Below, in pieces: positions 18,601 through 28,648 of a stretch of DNA of 64,000 nucleotides. How positions within the stretch are numbered: position 1 is the stretch's first letter; every line of letters begins with the position of its first letter. Origin of the DNA: Babesia bigemina (lineage: Eukaryota); assembly GCF_000981445.1 (NCBI RefSeq), contig NC_027218.1, forward strand, positions 1,984,001 through 2,048,000, in the 5' to 3' direction. The notes beneath the pieces are model-generated. The model did not search any database. It was not told the DNA's origin and saw only the letters and a program-made list of their open reading frames with translations. The position numbers and the translations under genes are program-made.

Positions 18601-21222
18601 CGAGATGAAAAAACGGTAAACGCGGAACAAGAAAAGAAGGCTAAGGCGGAGTGGGAAAAGCGGAAACAACAGGGTAAAGGAGTGAAAAAGCATGATGAGG
18701 ATTTAGATAGAATACAGAAAACATTGCAACGTAGCAACAGGGCTAATGAAGCGCGCTTAAGACAGGAAGAGGAGCAGAGGAAATTTATAGAGGCTGCGCC
18801 GCAATTAGATGGCTCGCAGGCAACCGACGATGCCTATGGTGAGCGCTGGCCGTGGTGGTATCCTGGTCTGCTGTATCGCGAAGTGACGGGTAAACCTATC
18901 GACGATGATCTGCCAGAGCAATTGCAAGATCAACGGGAGCGACTGTTTCATGAGAAAATTCAAGATGATTTGGGTCGACACATAGACGAGCGGAAAGAGC
19001 TGAAGACATTGGAGCGGCAAGAAAAGGATCGAATCGAGCAACACAACAAGGATGCGGAGGAGAAATTAAGACAGGGGAGGATTCAGCATATGCAATTGAA
19101 TCCGCCAATTACAACTGTTCTTCCTCCATTGCCTGATCCTCGCGAATTGCCAGATTCACTCAAGCATCCAGATATTACATTCAAAGTAGTAGACGATACC
19201 GACGGGCAAAGCTTTGCGCAGAAGAGTCAGGATGCAGCGCAGCGTATTAAGGACTATTACGAGGAACAGAAGCAACGTGTAGAAGACGAAAAGAAAGTGT
19301 ATAAAGAAGAATTAGAACAGAAAATGAAGAATGCTACCCAGGCACATGTGGAGAGCATAAAGCGTGCTGGAGAAATTGTTCAAAGCGAAATGTTACAAAA
19401 AAAGTTCCACGGCGGTGACTTCGATATCGCTTTGGCACCATCGCTAAAAGTGGATGATTTCGAAGAAAACGCACATGAAGCTTATCGAATTTACGGTCCA
19501 AGCCCTAAAAAAACGCCCGATAAAATTTTCGAATATAATCCCAAATGGAACAATGTTATAAACTACGGTCTCATCGTTGATCCTAACCCCAACATGTGCA
19601 ATAATCCATGGAATTACGCTCACGATTCTGCCACCTCATCAACCCTCCCCCCTCCACCAGACTCCGACCATCTACCACCTCCCACCAACGTCAAGGCCAT
19701 GCTCTTCTGGCTGGTCGGTCTCAATACGTACGGACTTATTGCCAAGATGGAGAGACACATGGAAAATATACTCAATGAAATTAACGGCGATACATTCTAC
19801 CCTAAGTATGCCCTCCAGGTCAACGGGGATCTATCCTCCTTGTCCGCATCGCATATCGCCGACACCCTTACCGAGGCATGTCTCTACTCCGCACACGTCC
19901 TGAACGGAATAATGCGTATGCAATCCGGCGATGCTCTATCTGACATCGACTTCAAATTAGAATATGATAAGCTTCATTATTCCCCCGACCCCGCCTGTCT
20001 CCTCTGCCAGCTGCGGGACTACGTCTACGCCTGCTGCCACCAGTTGCAGTTCCTCAAGTCGCAATGTAGTCGGGACAAACTAAGTGGCGGGTGGCAAGAT
20101 TGTGGGTATGGCAGTGACATCACTGCTTCCAAGTCCCCCCTCCAGGCGTTCCTGACTGACGGCTGGGACTCCGACTTCGACACTCACCCCTTCGACCCGT
20201 GCAACCTGTGCCACAAGAGCAGGGTCAGGATGGGATTTCAGGCGAATGACTTGCCTAAGTCATCGCAACAAGGCAGTGCCATTTCCTCCATCCTCACTCC
20301 CAGCTGCGGCGGCGATGACCCCTTGCTGACCTTGTGCTCCTACCTCAACTGCCTCACCAGGCGGACGCCGCGCACAACCGGGGAGTTGGTGTCGTTCTTC
20401 CATCATTTCGGTATCGAGTTGCACGATTTCGATCAGAGTAAGTTGTCCAAGCTTGGCACCTCACTCTGCAATCCACACCCCGACTGCCCCGACTGGGACC
20501 GTCTCAAGAACTCTTCCCTCCACGCCGTCAAAGGCATCCGGGGTACCGAGGCTCTCATATCCAAACACAACTCTAACCACAACAACGAGCATCCCCGTAC
20601 GCTGTCCACACTGGTTGGATGCAGCAGTGCCACTGCCAACTGCCCCCAGCATTGCTCGCCAATCACCTACCGGGCCTACGCCCTGTACTCCCAGAGCTTC
20701 GCCCATACCTACCTCAGCTGGGCGGCTTACCTGCCGGACAGACTGTGGGAGTCACTCGACAAACTGCACTATGATTTGCAAAAACATCTTGGCAGCGGTA
20801 AGTGTTCATCGCTCCACTCATGCCCCTATGCTATGCCCCTCCTCTACCTACACGGGTTCACGCCGCCGGGGGTGGGATCGCAGCCTAAACTCACGTGTTC
20901 AGATGTCACCGCCAAGCTGCAGGAAATTGTCAACGGTGGCCCTATCGCAACCCTCATGACTGCCATGGACAATTTCCTCTACAACATCCGGGAGCCATTC
21001 ATCTTCACCCTCTTGACACTCTGGTCCACCGCGTTGCTGGTCCTCGCCAACACGATGCTGTACCGCCTGGACGTGCTCCACATCCGATCACACCTTATTC
21101 GCACCAAGGCTTCCCACCACATCGACGTCAAGGCCTTACTCACTAAAGGACGGAAGATGTTATCACTTTACAAGGACGTCGACTACTTCGACGAGGACCC
21201 TATTGGTCAACTTGCTCTTTAA
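15661..21222 (+). CDS. Giant VESA/ves-superfamily variant antigen, paralog of 6834-12044
   Basis: Intronless ~1853 aa from the ATG at 15661 (MTAHGIDLSTLKDCLQFLKWL). Same domain order and identical C-terminal tail ...DYFDEDPIGQLAL. Confidence 0.85.
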   Translation: MTAHGIDLSTLKDCLQFLKWLNDSQQSSMRGKVAEELARRVSDKYNSVNTREIQNALSQFLGHVTKFHRKLCHNPAAGIYRGKNANDITEALLECIPKFLTALYYLWYDVNATFGTLGGGGWKLDYPGYEREWRMWSSSGGDLQKYFRATVSDAENYGGIIPGGFGFQEIRHNDDWYGYYQGYLMEGDIKNILDKQKNQFFRDIFATSVVSKSGLHKVNTANALALVGTFCEIVADAEKKKQVDQLKNVVKPPDKCINWGHLKDHCAQLQRQFSKIFKRQRFSHTGESPKLKDLNTRKFAQSAADWLRTNLETVRTNLSNISTSGPNIQRYRDNLGEYFTKHFFPYGFTFDNHYGISSNVAKNLPKELNGVIVEFVKRKNGLEKLREILEGENCPDQPKSSSETVSPNAKGSGTSVTTGGGGGQKGGTQGNATPGSTSSVTSKGAANKTEATTPKAAEPTAPKSEAVKPPATTTTATPPQGKKADGTPDQGTAGNGPQNTGSRNQGASNQNNGQSAAHPATSSVVKSPTSPSPGGAGASGTPGAKGDKGKQGSPDSKPTSVVQTGQNNVQKQQPLPPPQPALTPQATPPRAPAVPGPNGSPSGGGGAGPKAGDTSSSAKSQPSSVQLPGPQSSSASGNSGVKGSASVPGPTGAKGQDTQGGSNAGTQPAGASQSVTTQRSSDSSPVPPSSGGPGIGGGQVSTAVPGQQGDNGLGARGGVTDSSRPAISTSAGQLSTPGASTSGPQPSGASGSSGGQGPGGQGPASDPAQSRDQVVQTSQISNGTSSGDSGADSGGGGDRAGGGGKQKPVAAITKSIQCSANQIESVDMSGKPFCRNKPNTSYRKPLSENAVNKITNAYEKTVVENILNELNTKHPNRRILQSRIPPTPPSQPSRPAPGPYPLPPGGRDVQGRRYYEPAEGRGRHDDGSMAVNQPSEFDGQPIPDTASKELQERIKNKVEGIKFLKSLESKAQQEEVEQLRRDEKTVNAEQEKKAKAEWEKRKQQGKGVKKHDEDLDRIQKTLQRSNRANEARLRQEEEQRKFIEAAPQLDGSQATDDAYGERWPWWYPGLLYREVTGKPIDDDLPEQLQDQRERLFHEKIQDDLGRHIDERKELKTLERQEKDRIEQHNKDAEEKLRQGRIQHMQLNPPITTVLPPLPDPRELPDSLKHPDITFKVVDDTDGQSFAQKSQDAAQRIKDYYEEQKQRVEDEKKVYKEELEQKMKNATQAHVESIKRAGEIVQSEMLQKKFHGGDFDIALAPSLKVDDFEENAHEAYRIYGPSPKKTPDKIFEYNPKWNNVINYGLIVDPNPNMCNNPWNYAHDSATSSTLPPPPDSDHLPPPTNVKAMLFWLVGLNTYGLIAKMERHMENILNEINGDTFYPKYALQVNGDLSSLSASHIADTLTEACLYSAHVLNGIMRMQSGDALSDIDFKLEYDKLHYSPDPACLLCQLRDYVYACCHQLQFLKSQCSRDKLSGGWQDCGYGSDITASKSPLQAFLTDGWDSDFDTHPFDPCNLCHKSRVRMGFQANDLPKSSQQGSAISSILTPSCGGDDPLLTLCSYLNCLTRRTPRTTGELVSFFHHFGIELHDFDQSKLSKLGTSLCNPHPDCPDWDRLKNSSLHAVKGIRGTEALISKHNSNHNNEHPRTLSTLVGCSSATANCPQHCSPITYRAYALYSQSFAHTYLSWAAYLPDRLWESLDKLHYDLQKHLGSGKCSSLHSCPYAMPLLYLHGFTPPGVGSQPKLTCSDVTAKLQEIVNGGPIATLMTAMDNFLYNIREPFIFTLLTLWSTALLVLANTMLYRLDVLHIRSHLIRTKASHHIDVKALLTKGRKMLSLYKDVDYFDEDPIGQLAL
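19999..20705. repeat. ~700 bp apparently identical inverted repeat (right copy), partner 7348-8054
   Basis: See partner feature. Confidence 0.9.
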
Positions 21223-21973
21223 TAATCATTACCTCATTCATCTAGTCATTACTTGCCGTGTGATGGATCGCACTACAGCACTAGTAGTTAGTTGTGTTAC
21301 TGCACCGTGGTGTGATAAAAGCGTGGCTACTTCAAGGCACAACTATGCACATGTAGCCCACTTAAGAGATGGCTGAATCCGGTAAGCTGAGTTGTGAGTC
21401 ACCTGTGAGAAATGTCTACGGCATCTCACCTGGCCAGTGATGTAAAACTGGGTGATTGCTCATCAACGTAAGAAACTGAAGATGGTTATGCTAGGTGATG
21501 TTGTAAATTGTCTGTTATATGAGTGGGTGACATAATAGTATCACGTGCGTCGCTAGGAAATGAATGTTACCGTGGTTACCCGATGTGATGGCCAGTGGAC
21601 GGCGTAGTTAGGTGACATTAATATGAACAGCGTAAATGAGAACAATATCAAATTCGCATTTTACCCTACATAGGCAGTCGTTAGCGCAACAATGTAGTGG
21701 CACATGAAGGTGTCTACACGTTGGAGTGACCAAATATAGGTGGAGTTGACTGCTCAGATAGTGCCGGTTTACCTGCATGCCATGGCCAGGATACCGTCCA
21801 CATGCGACATACTGGCAGTCTTTAAGTTGTATTAACTGCATATTTGTGATGTAACCAGCGGTGAATTGGATGGCGGTCACCCGGATGGTGGTGAAACCAA
21901 TGGGAGACGGCCAGTGTCCTATGCTGAGGTACGTGTTTCATGGTTTTGTAGGTTGAGGAAAGGGAGGGAGGGT

Positions 21974-22378
21974 ATGATGACAAATTTGCCTTGCCCAGAT
22001 TGTGGCAATGAATGTATTGCTACCGAGAAGTGTACTTGCTGCCCTTGGTGTTGTAAAAAATGTCGAGGTGAAGGATGCTCATACTGTAAACAATTTTACT
22101 ATCAGCGTACAACACTCCGCGAACATTATGAGTGCAATGCGTTGGGATGTGCCAAGTGTGACGTCGACAGATGTCAATGCAGGTGTTGCAGAAGAACACG
22201 TGCGCAGCGTTCCCCCAGTACCGCCTCATCTACCGCTGTAATCGCCTGCATCATCATCTTCGTCATCATCTCCCTCAGCCTCCTGTTCCATTTGTGCGTC
22301 TTTCACATACCGCATTTCCGCCATATCCGCGAATTTATCCTCAGTAAATTGCCATTTTGCATCGCATTTTATAATTAA
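21974..22378 (+). CDS. Cys-rich mini membrane protein, copy B (134 aa)
   Basis: MMTNLPCPDCGNECIATEKCTCCPWCCKKC...CQCRCCRR, TM AVIACIIIFVIISLSLLFHLCVF, tail IREFILSKLPFCIAFYN. First ATG is at 21974. Confidence 0.75.
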   Translation: MMTNLPCPDCGNECIATEKCTCCPWCCKKCRGEGCSYCKQFYYQRTTLREHYECNALGCAKCDVDRCQCRCCRRTRAQRSPSTASSTAVIACIIIFVIISLSLLFHLCVFHIPHFRHIREFILSKLPFCIAFYN

Positions 22379-24030
22379 GACCAACAATTTCCATTATCGC
22401 AGCTATCGCTCAGCATTATATAACAACGGCAAAACGATTGACTAATAACGTATTGTGAAATGTTACATAATTATTCGTAGAGAGGCACCCAGCGAGATGT
22501 TCACGAATGACATCAAGACAGCGCAGATTGCCCATTGGCGAATCGAATGGGATCAATATGAATGACGTATTGTGCGTTATCATACGGTGTATGGACACGC
22601 TGCGTATACGCTATGAGGTCCTATCTTCCAACTCCTCCAACCTCAGCAACGTCAAGGAACTTCATTCCATATGAAGTAAAACGCCCACCATGCCGCAACG
22701 TCGATTACTTCGATGGCGACCTTTTTTAAAAATTAGACGTCACATTGATCATTAGATTCATGCAATTATGTGGTGCCCTGCAATAGGCAGTGGTGTAGTG
22801 GTGATGAGTTGCGTTGGTGTAGCATATAGACACGCCAGTACTGCACGAGCTCGTCAAACTGTTGTATTAGTAATAATAGCGTCATTGGAAAACCACTGTT
22901 CAGACATGGCCTAAACTACCACATATCAGATAACACAGTATAAGCGCACGATGCTTAGTGCTGTGGACAGTACGTGGTGGGTGGGTCAGTCATCTGCTAG
23001 GCGAGCAGATAGGGTGATAAACATCAGGATGTGAGCTGCACATATCAATTGGCCAAGAGTCGCAACAGTACATCGTTAATTGTTTATTCAGTTGCAGCGT
23101 TCGTTGTAAAATACAATTGCGGTGACGTTTAAACCGATACATTGGGGTCGTGCTTTTGGTGCTCTCCTGGTTCTCGTATGCGCCGTCATGCATGTCCTCG
23201 CCTGGCATCCGATACTGGGCCTTCAGCAATTGCTTGCTTGTCGGGACGTCTAGAAGGAGCTATCCACTTCACACTCCACCATTAATCCGCATAAGTAAGC
23301 ATGATACCAGCTAGTCCACGTGAAATCATTGAATCGATGTAACCGCAATGCGTTAATGTATTAAAACTGTATAATATCCGCAACAGGCCATTGCTGTGGT
23401 TAACTGCCTACAGAATCATGGCAATCCTAAACTTATATCAAAATTGTTCACAGAAGTAGACACGTTACACGCATTCTTTTTGTGCTGCTGAGCGAACCAA
23501 CTTGAATTACATATTGCTATGCAGAATTCGAATGTAGGCCGTGATTTTGCTTGTTGATGCCATGGGTGTTTATACCTTGTATTTGGGCGCCCAATGGAAA
23601 TTCGCATTAGAGTAATAACTGCGTTTCCATGGCTTTTGACACAGCGGTGTTAAATAATGTCAACATCAGTACGCTCGAATCTATCAAAACATTTACACTT
23701 AACACCTAAACAACTAGCAGAATAAATCTAATATTGATTGAAATCTGTGTTCGAAGTCCACATCACGTCTGCTGTACGCAGCTTCCAACGGAATTAGGTT
23801 GATCCGCCTAATTAAACTGATTTCACAGTGTTTTTGCGATTATAAAGGAGGCGCCGTTGCAGTTTGCTTTTCCATTTTAGCGGAGTTAATATAAGTCTCT
23901 TACGTGGCAACGTGCATGAATAGTTCTTGCGACCGTGCACTATGAATGACATAGGTGACTCCACTAAAATACAACCAACGCTGACAGCAACGACAGTTGC
24001 GCAACACAATACCACCAGACACTAGTTGCT

Positions 24031-24375
24031 TCACTTGAGAAGATAGTCCTTGGCCTCATTGACCTTGGATGCGATGTATGTGGATCCTCCGTTGTCCGGG
24101 TGGTTGCGCATCATGAGTTGCTTGTAGTTTTCGCGGATCTTGTCCTTGGACGCCGTCGACGACACGTTTAAGATGCTACATGCTTCGGAGTATGTCATTT
24201 TCTGTTCGAACCCCCTTAGGTTCATCCGTCCCAGGCGTCCTCCCATTATGCCTACACCGGTCAGCTGTCCAGGGTTGCGCGAGAGGAGTTTCCACTGCGC
24301 CGGTAACCGCCTATAGAGGTATCTGCCGAGCAGTATCCCACTTCCGCATGCCACTGCCACCAACGGCCATGGCAT
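24031..24375 (-). CDS. PAM18: Mitochondrial import motor J-protein PAM18/TIM14
   Basis: N-terminal [39 protein letters not shown]. Confidence 0.95.
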   Translation of the reverse strand: MPWPLVAVACGSGILLGRYLYRRLPAQWKLLSRNPGQLTGVGIMGGRLGRMNLRGFEQKMTYSEACSILNVSSTASKDKIRENYKQLMMRNHPDNGGSTYIASKVNEAKDYLLK

Positions 24376-24781
24376 CGCGCTAGTTTAGCAGACTCGAGAA
24401 TAGCTCCGCAGTGACGCGTTATGACATCGGCCCTTCCAACCTATAATGCGACCTTCTACTCGTCAACAAGCCGTATAGATCACCAGCAAAACCTAGAGAG
24501 AATATTTAAACAGCTATATCGATTATTTAACCGTTAAAAGTGTATTATGTGTATGGCGTAGCCATGACGGCAGCATCCCTCCAATGTCGCGATAGGCCGC
24601 CTCCTACTTGTGATACACATCTGTCATATATAAATACTACATATATTTAAGTGTTGATATGACACAGTTGCACCATATCGATGTCTAGCGTAGTTTCCGG
24701 CGGTTATAGCTGAGCCGCACTTCAGTGCGGAGGTCGGACGTTACAAGGGACTCTTCACCGCCTTACGAACACCGTCTGGTC

Positions 24782-26072
24782 ATGCAAGTTCACAAACGGT
24801 CACGCACTCCGTCGGGAGGCATTGTGTTGGCTGTTACCGCCGAGAACCCTGACGACATTTGGTGCATCTATAACCTGCTGGCGGAAGGTGACGAGATCGT
24901 CGTGTTCACGTCGAGGTGAGGCTCCGAAGCGGGCAACGCAATCGTTTACAGGAAGGTGAAGAGGGAGAACGTGAGCTCCGGTGCAGTGAGTCAGGAGGTC
25001 AAGAAGTTCAACATCCATCTGTCCATCGAGGTTAGTGGTCTCTGTAATAGTGTGACGCGAGGCAGCGCATTACGTATGCATCATCGGACGACGACCTTCA
25101 AGTTTCCGGTAAAAACATCTCCGACAACCCATACGTTAAGGTACGTTCCAGAGGCTTGTTAATGGTCATAGTTGCGCAGATTGGACAGTACCACACCGCC
25201 GAGATTCGACTACACTCCAAGATCACGCTAACGAAGGTAAGGTTTATTGACCCATCCTCGATCCACTCGCTTTATTACAGCAAGTCTGGAACTCATATTA
25301 CGCCGACAAGTTACGGGAAGCGACCGATTTGGCAGGGCAGGCTGAGCAGGCGTTTTTGGTGCTGGACACGGGGAAGGCGTCGCTGTTCCTGGTGCTCCGT
25401 TATCTCACGAAGGAGGCGTTCACAATTACCCACAACATACCCAATCGCAAGATTTCCGACATCCGGTATTCCCACCACCAGAAGGCTGAGGAATCATTTT
25501 TCAAGGCCGTGATCCAGAAACTGCACGACTCGATCAATTTCGAGGTCACGCGCACTGTGATCATCACCGGCCCCGGGTTCACTAAGACGAGCTTCTACGA
25601 GTACCTGCGTGACAACTTGATTCGCCTGGGATACAACGACCTGCACCGTCACCTGAAAAGCTTCGTCGTCTGCGGCTCCACGTCGTCCGACCGCCGCGCC
25701 ATCGGCGAGGTGCTGAGCAACGAATCCTTTGCCGAGCGGCTTTGCAGCCACCATTACGTGGAGCACAACAGGGCGGTGGAAGCGCTGCGGAAACGTCTGG
25801 AGGCGAACGACGACACCGTTGCCATCGGCCTGGAGGACGTCATTAGGGCCACCGAGCTTGGCGCAGTGGAAACCGTCCTGATCTCGGAGGACCTGATCCG
25901 CAAAGGCAGCACCGAAACGCGCAAAAGAGTCCATAAGTTTATTGAGGACGCGAAGAATCAGGGCGCACGCGCGTTTTACTTCTCGGACGAGCACTTCTCT
26001 AGCGAGTTCCTGAGGACACTCACCGGTGTGGCGGCCCTGCTTCGCTTTGACATAGGCGAGGCACCAGAATAA
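24782..26072 (+). CDS. PELO: Pelota/Dom34 ribosome-rescue factor, multi-exon
   Basis: ENPDDIWCIYNLLAEGD, QYHTAEI, TGPGFTK, LGAVETVLISEDL, LTGVAALLRF. Short introns, e.g. 24916-24951. Confidence 0.93.
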
Positions 26073-26315
26073 GGTTTTACTTGGCTATTGAGGGCATTGG
26101 TGGTGGGAACATGTGGCATATGATGTCTGTTTGATGTGAATGTTGCACGGGAATCCATCGTCACCTTTCATCTGTCAACGGCTATACCGGCACTGAACCA
26201 GGTACCACCCGCATCGCGCTATTTCGGTTATCGCAGCAATAAAGTGATGCATGTAACGCCATTATGTAGTTGACAAGCGCCTGTCACTGAATGCTTTGTT
26301 TTTTGTTCGATCACG

Positions 26316-26915
26316 ATGCTATCCCGGCTACGCGTGGCATCTAGACGTCACAGCTATAGGCTGTTCACGACCATCTCTGCAGATGGCGCTACTCACGTCA
26401 CTTCCGCCACCGACATCCCCACTCCGTCGCACGTGAGCGCACCGTCTCGTCGGCAACATCGCCATCCGCAGCCCATGCGCAGGCGAAACACGATCGCAGT
26501 CGCAACGGAGATGAGCTACAGGCTGCGGGAAGCGGGTATATCCTCTGCCGAGATTGTGCAGATGCTGAGGACATTGCGCTGCAACACGTCAACATCGCCG
26601 GAGGCAGAAGTTGACCCATCGCTGAACGAGCGTGTATGCAGCATACTCCGTCGTGGCGCGCGGGATTGCCAGCTACGCAAGCTGCACCAGTCCGTTGCTA
26701 ACCTGGCGGAAACGCTGTCGGTGTTCACCGACGCCGGTGTACCCGAGCCCATGGCCCGGGACATCGTGCACAACAACCCGACGCTGCTCGCCCTAAGCAA
26801 GGCCGACGTCGAGGCGCTCTGCTCGGAGCTGCTGGCCTCGGGAGTGGACCTGGGCGACTTCGCGTCGATTCTATCGCAGCACTCGCCGCACGCAGCCGTG
26901 CCAAACAACCCGTAA
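26316..26915 (+). CDS. Hypothetical mitochondrial protein, mTERF-like repeats possible
   Basis: Arg/Ser-rich presequence MLSRLRVASRRHSYRLFTT; repeats of the type LREAGISSAEIVQML / FTDAGVPEPMARDIVHNNPTLL / LLASGVDLGDFASIL. Confidence 0.5.
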   Translation: MLSRLRVASRRHSYRLFTTISADGATHVTSATDIPTPSHVSAPSRRQHRHPQPMRRRNTIAVATEMSYRLREAGISSAEIVQMLRTLRCNTSTSPEAEVDPSLNERVCSILRRGARDCQLRKLHQSVANLAETLSVFTDAGVPEPMARDIVHNNPTLLALSKADVEALCSELLASGVDLGDFASILSQHSPHAAVPNNP

Positions 26916-26972
26916 ACTATTTTAAGGTGTGAGTTCATCGCGACTGTGCCAATGGCATTGCATGCCCCGCAT

Positions 26973-28341
26973 CTACATGTTGGTGGTGCGCGCTATGGCG
27001 TCGTTGACGATTTCTGAGATCTCGTCGCTGTTGATGTCGTTCTGCTCTTGCAGGTACTGCAGGGAGGACTGGAAGCTGGTTTTCGAGGTGGTGCGATTGA
27101 CCTGCCTGGGTGCACCCTCTGTTGCCGGCGCGCTGCGGGCGCTGACTGAGCCTGCCTCGATCTTCCTGGCAATGACGAGTCCGCCATCGTCCGGGACGAG
27201 ATCGTCCTCCTTTCCGTGCGGGCGCACGCCGTCGTTCATGGAATAGTTCCGCACCAGCTGTGGCCTCCCCCGGCGCTCGTGCGTCCGGGCGGAGCAGATC
27301 TGCTTCTCCTGGTTTGCGGCCATTCCGGCCTTCCGGTTGCGCTCCATGAGAGTCTGGCCGCTCACGAGCTTGTGGCAGCTGTAGAGGCACCACTGCGGAA
27401 GCTTGAGGTTGACGACCGGCGCGTCCTTCGAGAGACTCAGCGTCGTCAGGAACTTCTCGATGGGAACGCACACGTCCTGCACATCACTATTTACCACTTT
27501 TATCGTGATTTACCTCGATGATGGAGTACATGTTGTGCTTGGACGCCGGCTGGAAGTCGGCCATCTTGAGGTCGCTGCTGTACGACTCGAAGAGCGTCTG
27601 CCCGTGAGCCACCGGCACGATCTCGTCCACGAGGCCGTGGATGATCAGCAGCGGCGTCGTGGGCGCCATGTCACGCAGCGCCTTCTCCGTGTCCCAGAAG
27701 TTGCTCACGAGCCAGGTCCCCAGGGTGAAGTAATCCTCGACGATCTTGTGGATCGAGATGTACGGCGACTGCAGCACGACACCGCCGCACTGCACGCCGC
27801 GCTTCTTGAACTCGGCTGCTATGGCGGCAGCGGGCCCGGTGCCGATCGACCTGCCGAAAAGCACAATCGACCTGGGGTCGACGCCGAGCGAGATGAGGAA
27901 GTTGACGGTGGCGCGGACCCGAAAGTTGATCAGTTCGCCGGTGGCCACCGCCACCTCCGGAGAGACGCCGTAGCCCGGGTACTCCACAGCCATAATTGTG
28001 GCGTTCAGCTCGTGGCTGATGAGCCGCAGCTCCGGCTTGACCTGGCCGATGTCGCATGAGTTACCTGCGCGCTGTGCCGGGCGATGCTGCGTGACCTACC
28101 GTGGAGGTATATCATGACGACATTGGACGGTGCGGGCGACGGCAGGTAGAGCACGGGGAACGACCCAGGCGCGGCCGCGCGGCCGCTGTGTGTGTCGAAC
28201 GCAAAGCGCTTGGGGATCCATATGAGCTCATAGAGCTGGGATGTGTACTGCGAGGGCGTTATCGAGGGGCACGCTGCAGCTTACCGACGCCGGCGGAGCC
28301 GGGAATATGAAGGTGTTGGCGAGCAAGAGCGCGTTACCCAT
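26973..28341 (-). CDS. Alpha/beta hydrolase, ABHD17/Bem46-like, multi-exon
   Basis: Exon 1 MGNALLLANTFIFPAPP; AVEYPGYG, nucleophile GRSIG, LQSPY, IIHGLVDEIV, KHN. C-terminal exon is ORF 26973-27497. Confidence 0.85.
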
Positions 28342-28648
28342 CTTGCTGCGGTCATGTAGACGCGTGGAGTCCTCTCTGGCAAGACACGGGCATTTCGCGA
28401 AGCAAGTGTCTGCGATGGCTCCGCGTAAGGTTGTTTGTTTGCCGGCCCGCGCGTGGTCGGGGTGCCGTGTACATGGTACGGACAGCCCAGGTTCCCGTCC
28501 GCGCGCCAGCCCGTCAAACACCACGGGGCTGCAGCATTCAATTAGCCGCCACCATTCTAGCAACACTGCATTAAGCTGGCCCTCGGGCGTGACACATGTG
28601 CAAAATTGATTCGGTCTCATATTTACCGGTCGCGTTCGGGCGCCGACG

